From: Macrostomum lignano
Taxonomy: Eukaryota
Assembly: GCA_002269645.1 (NCBI GenBank)
Contig: NIVC01000283.1
Coordinates: forward strand, 1 to 64,000
DNA length: 64,000 nucleotides
Direction: 5' to 3'
Shown here: piece after piece, positions 55,320-64,000 of the stretch
How the letters are laid out: the number at the start of each line of letters is the position of its first letter
Numbering within the stretch: the first letter of the stretch is position 1
Position numbers and translations under genes: made by a program
Notes under the pieces: generated by a model
What the model was told of the DNA's origin: nothing
The model's input: the letters and a program-made list of their open reading frames with translations, nothing else
Database searches by the model: none

Positions 55320-55709
55320 ACTCACTAGTCTGCCTTTCGGATGCTGTTTCACCCAACACTGTCCCGTCAGTATTTATATACTTGATGGTGTCCGTCAGTC
55401 CAGCCTCTTAATTCCCACATCGCGATATTGGCTGTTGAAGAAGACTTTTTCGCTTACTGAAGTGTCCTTATTGGGGTTGGCTCATCCAATTGACAGCTGA
55501 AACCGGAGTGTTTGCTGTTATTCAGGTGTTGCTTAATAAAGATGGTAGAATAGCAGACATTGGTCAGGTCGTTGGAAGGTCGCTGTTGGGAAGCTGTAAA
55601 ACTGCGTAAAATACTGATTTACAGACTCACGAAAAATAGTAATCTCTACGCGTTATGAAATCGTCTGCTTCAAATCTGCTATCGCTACATAATTATTAAA
55701 TATCAATTC

Positions 55710-56530
55710 TTGACAAGCACCTCTGAGGTTACCAAAATTCCAACAATAAAGTATGTAATTTCCAAATACGATTATAAAAGCTCTGCGATAATTTTATGGG
55801 ATGAAGTTTCTCAAGCATCGTTAAATGAAGCCAAACAGGTCTCATTCACCGATAACATTCTCCAGAATTTGGTGTGCCTTGTGTTGTTGTGGCGGTGACA
55901 CGCCTGTCACACGCTGGAGTCTATGTCGGCCTGGAGCTCCGAGTTCGTCAACTTTGTCGTGTACGCTCACTCGATTGCGTGTGTGCTGCGGGCGCCGTTT
56001 CTGACCGCGCACAGCTGGACAATGCTGTTCTGAGGTGCGCGGCGTCAAGATTCGCTGGCCTATCCGCGCCAACCTGTGGTTCTCCAGAAACCGGACAGCC
56101 GCCTGCTTGGCTTTCTTCATCTGGAGAGTGAGCTCGGCTACTTTGGTAATCCACTGTCCACGTGCTCCCAGTACAAAACCATGGAGAACTACGGGCTGCA
56201 GACGGTCACTCCGGTAGTCTTCGCCGTGCTGACCAACATATTTCTGCTGCGATCCCTGCGTCGCTAAAGACTTTGCCTGGACTGGACAGCCTACATGTAA
56301 TCGAGACTTTGGCGAGACTTACCACTCGAGAGATAGTGCTTCTTCTGCAGCTGTACCGGCTCTGCCAGATCCCCATGATCTTGTTCGGATTCAACGTCCT
56401 GCTGAAAATTCCGGCCCGTCTACATTGTCAATTGGCCTCGTCGGGAACCTCATTCCTCGATGCAAGAGACGTTAACCACTACCCCCTTTGCAACTACATG
56501 TGCGATGCACTCGGAAGTATACAGTTACAT
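55710..56530 (+). pseudogene. Decayed rhodopsin-like (class A) GPCR
   Basis: TM-like pieces in the right order but in shifting frames: QNLVCLVLLWR*, ACVLRAPFLTAHSWTMLF*, VKIRWPIRANLWFSRNRTAACLAFFIW, TVTPVVFAVLTNIFLLRSLRR*, REIVLLLQLYRLCQIP. Confidence 0.5.
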
Positions 56531-57242
56531 ATTCACCCGCAGAGAGCATACAGATAGTTCGCATATCATTGCTCATTAAAAAATTTAATATTATTTTTTA
56601 AACTAATGGTAATTACCTTTTAACATGCCCACCCCGACTTTAACATGGACATCCATGTAAGTAAGTAGAAGGGTTGAACCTTGGATGCCGTTATTGCCCC
56701 CTTACCCAGGCCACAATGCACATCTACATGCTGCCTCAACATCAACAACAACAACCTCAACAGCCTTTGCATCGTGGCAGCTAATGGCTATAAAACCAGC
56801 TATAGCACGCAGCCTATATCGCACCCTTGCTGACTCATGAAAAATTCAGAGCTGCAACAACTGCCCACGGGATGGGAGGATGGAGATGGGGACTAATCAA
56901 GAGAGACATAAAGCAACTTCAATAGCGATGATGAAGAGAACCTGCTGCCCACGCAGGGAGCCTGCAGAGCTCTGGCCCCCGCATCAAATAAAATGCAGCT
57001 GATTAATGGCAATGGCTGGAAACTGCTGGCCACCCCACTGACTACCCCAGCGCAGCCCATCAACGCTTTGCCCGCATCTCATAAGAAGCAAGCGAGCTCC
57101 CCTGTCGCTATGGCCAAGCCACTCCCCTCCCCACTCCGCTGCGGAGAGCCAGAGAAGACAAGCTGAAGCAATTTAGTCAGAACGGAGCGGCAAAACCCAC
57201 GCGCAACTTCTCGTGCTCAGCACCGCTAGGCCGCAAAGCAAA

Positions 57243-58295
57243 ATGGAGTCACCGGGCAAAACCCACAGCTGCAAAGTCGTCTTGACAGCCGCTCTTCTTC
57301 TGCTGCTGCCTCTTGCTGACTCGACGAGCTGCCGCAGGCGCTGGTGCCAGTACCGGATGCCGCACTGCCTCAACGAGACCTCGGCGCTGACTCGATGGAG
57401 CGCGCAAAGCCTGCAAGCCTGCGTGTTGAAAGCGAGCAGCGAGCCTGACGACCTGGTGCTTGAGTGGAACAAGCAGACAGGTGTGTGCTCGCTCTTCCAC
57501 TACCAGCAGGTGTGTCGCACGATGCAGGCAAGCGGTGCCGTCGCGATCGGAGCTGGAGCTGCAGTGCAGCAGTCGCAGTGCTCGGTGTATCGCGCGTTGT
57601 CGTTGGCGAGCTGCGACGCCTCGCTCGACGCTCAGCTGGTGGGCGTGTGGTTGGCAGGTGGGAGCAGCCGGTTCAGCAACCTGGTGTGCCAGAGCGACAG
57701 CGGCGGCGGCGGCAGCCACCGACTGGAGAGCGCGAACCTGCAGTGGACTGAGGAGGGCGCCCGCTTCGACGGGACATCGTCGTACGCGCTGCTCAACGAC
57801 AGTCGCTTCGTCTCGAGCGACCCGTCGGCCAGCTTCACGTGGCTGATGAGGCTCAGGAGGCAGCCGAAGGTCCAGCCGTTCTTAGAAGCCGTTTCCTGCT
57901 CAGACAAGAACACCTACGGACCTCATCTTTGGGAGTATAGCTCCTCAAATCAGTTCTACTTCACAAATTCTGGCACAAGTTCAGAGGCTGAAAATATTCG
58001 AGTAGAGTCACAATTAAATGTGCTCCCGGCGAGCAGCGAGTCTTGGATCGACATTGGGATTGTTTTCAAACCCAGCAGCTCAGCGCCGGCAATTCTGTAC
58101 TTCAGCGGCAGCTTCGTAGGAAGTACGCAACTCGACCCTGTCCCAAGTGTTCGGCATAGCTGCTTCTACTTGTCGGTGGGCCGGCGTTTTTACGGTAACA
58201 ACTTATTTTTGAAGGGAGTGATCAGAGCTCTAGCGATCGCCAACGCTTCCATGGCAGAGGCTGAGATACGACACTTTTTCTCTTCGTTACCTTAG
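57243..58295 (+). CDS. Secreted PAN-like plus LamG protein, 350 aa; paralog B
   Basis: Same architecture as 51069-52127, ATG start MESPGKTHSC; N-terminal part nearly identical, C-terminal part diverged. Confidence 0.85.
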   Translation: MESPGKTHSCKVVLTAALLLLLPLADSTSCRRRWCQYRMPHCLNETSALTRWSAQSLQACVLKASSEPDDLVLEWNKQTGVCSLFHYQQVCRTMQASGAVAIGAGAAVQQSQCSVYRALSLASCDASLDAQLVGVWLAGGSSRFSNLVCQSDSGGGGSHRLESANLQWTEEGARFDGTSSYALLNDSRFVSSDPSASFTWLMRLRRQPKVQPFLEAVSCSDKNTYGPHLWEYSSSNQFYFTNSGTSSEAENIRVESQLNVLPASSESWIDIGIVFKPSSSAPAILYFSGSFVGSTQLDPVPSVRHSCFYLSVGRRFYGNNLFLKGVIRALAIANASMAEAEIRHFFSSLP

Positions 58296-58596
58296 TTGAC
58301 CCGATTAGAAATTTTTCATAAGCTCTACGACATTTTGTAAAGCTTATTGGCCTCTCTGCATCTCCCTCTTGAGTTATATGCTTTATTTATATTTAGAAGT
58401 GCGAATTTGCAAATGTTTTGCTCACAGTGCCGAAGATACCCTGATTTTATACTGCCATTGTTTCTGACTGAACTCGTTTTTAATATTCAATTTTAGTAGT
58501 TGCTAAGCTTTCTTATCTTCTGTGTCTGCGTCTGCGGATAAATAAAAAGGAAGAAAAATGTTTTGCATGAGAATATTAAATCAGAATATTGCCAGT

Positions 58597-59630
<1,034 letters not shown>

Positions 59631-61149
59631 TAGTAATGACGTGAGGCTACCCAGTGGAAAAAAAGGGCTCGGGCCACCGGAGGGGTGTCTGGCTCGGGCC
59701 GAGGGTGGCAATGCACAGCTAAATCTGGCTCGACCCAACGCTGGCCCGCCACCAGCGCGCCAGCGCTTTGCCTCCTATTTTTCGCGTCTTTTATTTTTGC
59801 CCCATTCTACTGGTAATTTTATTCTATTATAGTTCCACCTACCGTGCCTATAAATCATCAGAGACAGTGTGAGTTTGCACTGTGCACACAGCATAGTGTG
59901 GTAGGTGGGCTACCACCGGTGTTTTTTTGCTTTGTCCCGGGTTAGGCCCATTTTGTCCACCATGAGGTGCGAAATGACGTGTCCCGCCATCTCTCGTTCC
60001 CGGGTTTGCCCCTTTGGTTGGTCCCGCGGTTGCGCCCTTGTGTGGTTTGTCCCTTTCCCGTCTGTGGTCCCTTCTGTTGCCCCACCCCCGTGCCAAATTT
60101 ACTTTGCTTATTTTCGGTTCAATATTTTGTTTTTTCCAATCGATGCACCACCGCTGGATCCCGTAACTGATCTCAGTGTTGGCCTTGTTCACCCCAACTT
60201 GTGTCCTAACTTCTCCGTGTATTATTTAATCAATGCGAAATCGCAGCGTTTTACTAACTTTCCTACTTTTTTACTTTTTATTTTTTCTTCTTCCTCCTCC
60301 ACCTTTTCCTCCTCTCATCCTCCTACCCCTCTGCCTCTTGTGTTTAGCTTTTAATTAGCTGTTTACTCTATCAATAAAGCTTAAGAATCATAAGTTTGTT
60401 TAGCACCCCGGCACGCCGGATCCACTTCATCGATCGTATCTCGCTCTCTGTCGCATCAATGCTTATTCACTATCGTTTGTCGACTTAATAAAACCGTAAA
60501 CAGTCTGCTATTAATTTTCCTATCAATTAACTGAAGCCTCGTTAGTCTATATTAAGTTATTTGCCCGTGGGGCGTAAAACAACAAGTTCTCAACTCAAAG
60601 AAAGTCTGAGACTTCAACGTTCCGTAATACGTAAATTACGGTGGTGGCAGCTCTACCCTACTGAAAGTAAGCAGATCAGCACATTCAACGCGCAAATTCT
60701 ACGGTGTCAAAATCTACGGTGTCTACCATCTGAACGACCGTGCCGCTCTAACGACCGCTCTGCTACGATTACGACTACCCTCCCCCCGGACCTGAGGAAC
60801 CCGGCAGTCGGAGTAAAGCAGGAGAAATGCGTCCGAATTTTCTGCAGAATTTTTTTTCGGCTTTACAAGTGCCGAAGATCACGAAGGCGGCAGTTTAAAG
60901 TTTAAAGAAAACCGCTCCAAGCTCCCAAGTTCAAAATTTTTCTTTTCTCCCCCCCACCTCAATAGCACCAACAAAAGTACAGGAAACATGTACTTGGCTC
61001 GAACATTTACATTTCGCGCCAAAATTCAAAACGTAACTTTTGGCAATTTAAAGTTTGTCGGAGAACGAATTGTCAAGCGGACAATAAATACGCATTGTAT
61101 TTTTATTTTTACATTCTTCTTGCGGTATACATTTTTGGCTAAAAAGGTC

Positions 61150-61508
61150 ATTGGAAATACAAGACATTCAGTGTTAAAATAAATCAGTGGAAATACAAGA
61201 CATTCAGTGGTAAATAAGTCAGTGGAAATACAAGACATTCAGTGGTAAATAAATCAGTGGAAATACAAGACATTCAGTGGTAAATAAGTCAGTGGAAATA
61301 CAAGACATTCAGTGGTAAATAAGTCAGTGGAAATACAAGACATTCAGTGGTAAATAAGTCAGTGGAAATACAAGACATTCAGTGGTAAATAAATCAGTGG
61401 AAATACAAGACATTCAGTGTTAAAATAAATCAGTGGAAATACAAGACATTCAGTGGTAAATAAGTCAGTGGAAATACAAGACATTCAGTGGTAAATAAGT
61501 CAGTGGAA
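61150..61508. repeat. 35-bp tandem repeat (ggaaatacaagacattcagtggtaaataagtcagt)n inside the TIR element
   Basis: About 10 visible units. Confidence 0.92.
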
Positions 61509-61542
61509 CTCATGCAAGCAATTAAGGCTACAAAGGGCTGAA

Positions 61543-62415
61543 TCACTCAAATATGAGTGAATCGTCCTCGGAACTGCTTTCCCGCGTTCGCTTCCGAGGA
61601 CGGTCCGCATCTGCAGTTCGTCTTCCTCCTTGCTGGTCGTTGTTTGCCTGCGCCACTACAGCCGCCGCCGCTGAGGAATCGCGACGCTTTTGACGGCCTC
61701 CCGCTCTGTCGTGCGCGTTTTTCAGGACGGAGATGACTGCTATCTCCACATCGCGCTCGGCAGGCCTCTGACCTCCGTGCATCTTCGAGATGGCAGCTGA
61801 AGCAAAATAAGTGTAGGAATATTGCATCACTTGTACAACGGGCTAGGCGTACGAAAAAGTAAAGATTCTATAATTATATTGGAAAAATCCTTCCACAGTG
61901 CTTTTGGTCTACTAGCAGTAGCAAAAAATTGAACATATAAGTCCTAAAAGAAATCCGAATTTTGTCCTTCCAATGCATGCCCAAAAACAATGGAGCGGAT
62001 GAAGCATAAAATAGAGATTACACTCTGCCGACTGCAGAGTGAGCACTGCACTAAGATACGACTCTGTCAAATCGGTAGCCTTGTCAAATTGTACACTGTT
62101 GAGTTGTGAATAAGGAGAGGGAACTTCTGTGCTACAAAAATATTGTTCAATCCAGATTGTCCCTTACCCGCGCCATCATCGCCTCAGAAGATGTGACGAA
62201 GTTCGCGTACTCCCTCCATGACCCTACTGGCACCGGCTCGGTCTCAGCTGCAACGGCTTGCCCACCATGCCCTCCAATCGCAGCCAGGAGATCGCGACGC
62301 AGGCGCTGCATTTCTGCCCTCATCTGCTGCACTTGTTGCTCCATCTGAGACTTCAGCTCTACTCGGGTGATGTGCAGCTGCCGGAAGATGCTGTTGAGGG
62401 CAAAAGTTTGGCCTT
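61543..62415 (-). CDS. Partial spliced gene inside the TIR element; coiled coil plus DUF4806-like tail. Candidate exons 62415-62168, 61943-61853, 61796-61543; 5' exons not identified.
   Basis: Good acceptors and donors with compatible phases; ends ..VEIAVISVLKNAHDRAGGRQKRR, resembling the LKxAxDRxGGR end of transposon-associated DUF4806 proteins (by eye). Confidence 0.45.
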
Positions 62416-62717
62416 CTAAGAGGGCAAAAGAAGGGCAGTCATGCGCTGTTCTCAATCCGGCCCTTGAGGTAAAAAGTTTGCTGATTCTTGCACTAAAAGC
62501 ACTAGGCTTAGGCACATTAGATAAAAACTGAACTGAACATGAACTTTTATATCAGCTGGTACCCTTCGCTTCCAAGACTCACTAAAGCCAAAGCCGAAAA
62601 CTGGATGACACTTGCTTGAAATTCAAAAAGGGCATTTGGAGGATCATGCAAAAAAGTGGGTGGGGGGCTTCAGCACCCCTGTGCCCCCCCCCCCCCGGTT
62701 CCGACACCCCTGCGCAG

Positions 62718-63160
62718 ATAGCAAGCATTTCCCTGGTAGCAAGCATTTCCTTGTACGGCTCGTAGCAAGCATCTCCTGATAGCAAGCATTTCCTGACAGC
62801 AAGCATCCCCTGATAGCAAGCATTTCCTGATAGCAAGCATCCCCTGATAGCAAGCATTTCCTGATAGCAAGCATCCCCTGATAGCAAGCATTTCCTGATA
62901 GCAAGCATTTCCTGATAGCAAGCATCCCCTGATAGCAAGCATTTCCTGATAGCAAGCATTTCCTGATAGCAAGCATTTCCTGATAGCAAGCATTTCCTGA
63001 TAGCAAGCATCCCCTGATAGCAAGCATTTCCTGATAGCAAGCATCCCCTGATAGCAAGCATTTCCTGATAGCAAGCATCCCCTGATAGCAAGCATCCCCT
63101 GATAGCAAGCATTTCCTGGTACGGCTCGTAGCAAGCATCCCCTGATAGCAAGCATCCGCC
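62718..63160. repeat. 17-bp minisatellite (agcaagcatttcctgat)n inside the TIR element
   Basis: Visible units. Confidence 0.93.
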
Positions 63161-64000
63161 CAGCCCAGATAGCAAGCATCCCCCCAGCCCTAGCATTACT
63201 CCCCCAGATTAGCACCACCCACCCTCAGATTACCAGCACTCCGCCCAGATTAGCAAGCACTCCGCCCAGATTAGCACTCTGCCCAGTTAGCACTCTGCCC
63301 AGATTAGTACTCCACCCAGTAGCACTCCACCCGGATGCTTGCCTCAGCTGCCACAATCTCGAATTGAGAAAATTAATATTTTCTCATTTCTCTAAAATAA
63401 ATAAATTTTATACAAATATCACCGCATACCTAGTTGTCTACTATGAGTAGTATGACTGGTTTGCAGACAGTTTGGCCACAGCATGACCAGCGCTTTGCCT
63501 CCTGTATGGCCAAGCCGAAGAAGTGCCATGCATTTTCCGAGGTTGAATTATCTTGCATTTTTATGTTAAACGATGTGATTAATGACAAAGCAGATACCTA
63601 TAATGGTGTTATAATGTCAAATAGGGGCATACGTAAGTTTTTGTAATGGCCACCATAAGGCCAACTGGCCATCGAATGGCCACCGGTGGCCCAAGCCATT
63701 TTTTTCCACTGGGTAGTAGAATTTGCCGAATTAGAAGTTAGCCTCCACTGGGGCATTGATTGCGATTTAATATATTTGAGATCCAAGCGTTCGCTCAAAG
63801 AGCAACATGCACTTAAGTATTGTGGATGTACACTAGCTTGATGTAGCTACATTATAAATAGACAAGGGCGCAATGCGAAAGGTAGAGTGGACTGCAACTA
63901 GTTAGATAGTTAATTAGTTATTTGTTAGTTATAACTACAGTATAAGAAGATAAGTCTGTAAATTATATTATTGAGATTTTATTTCAGGATTCCGGAACCG

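Larger units (their letters stand above)
59650..63713. mobile_element. ~4.06-kb TIR DNA transposon, probably CMC/EnSpm-like, carrying an accessory ORF
   Basis: Left end cccagtggaaaaaaagggctcgggccaccgga; reverse complement of the right end cccagtggaaaaaaatggcttgggccaccggt; TA flanks (ggcTA|..|TAgta). Confidence 0.85.

Noticed and set aside
60561-60905. 114-codon ORF inside the TIR element
   Set aside because: TTG start, no recognisable motif, no transposase catalytic signature

Overview
This is eukaryotic (metazoan) DNA with spliced genes and roughly a third simple or tandem repeats. The style resembles the flatworm Macrostomum (inference, not proven). Minus strand, left to right: exon 1 of an ELK-type KCNH channel, an unidentified ORF, then four co-oriented genes: a strongly diverged type II pantothenate-kinase-like gene (6 exons), ELOVL4-like elongase (4 exons), ATP synthase subunit c (4 conserved residues missing) and N-myristoyltransferase (5 exons). 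Almost every long intron is filled by its own minisatellite. The standout hidden feature is in the last NMT intron: seven tandem copies of a box C/D snoRNA resembling SNORD74/snR64, separated by variable minisatellite spacers. An eighth, diverged copy with an identical guide lies downstream of NMT. The right half holds two related ~4 kb TIR elements (CCCAGTG ends, TA duplication), an hAT-type MITE with an 8-bp TSD and a C8orf48/DUF4606-like ORF. It also holds a cluster of secreted PAN-domain genes (two PAN-LamG paralogs, a pseudogene fragment, a PAN-TSP1 gene) and a decayed GPCR. Exon boundaries were read by hand from GT/AG sites and frame continuity; homology calls are from remembered motifs, not database searches.
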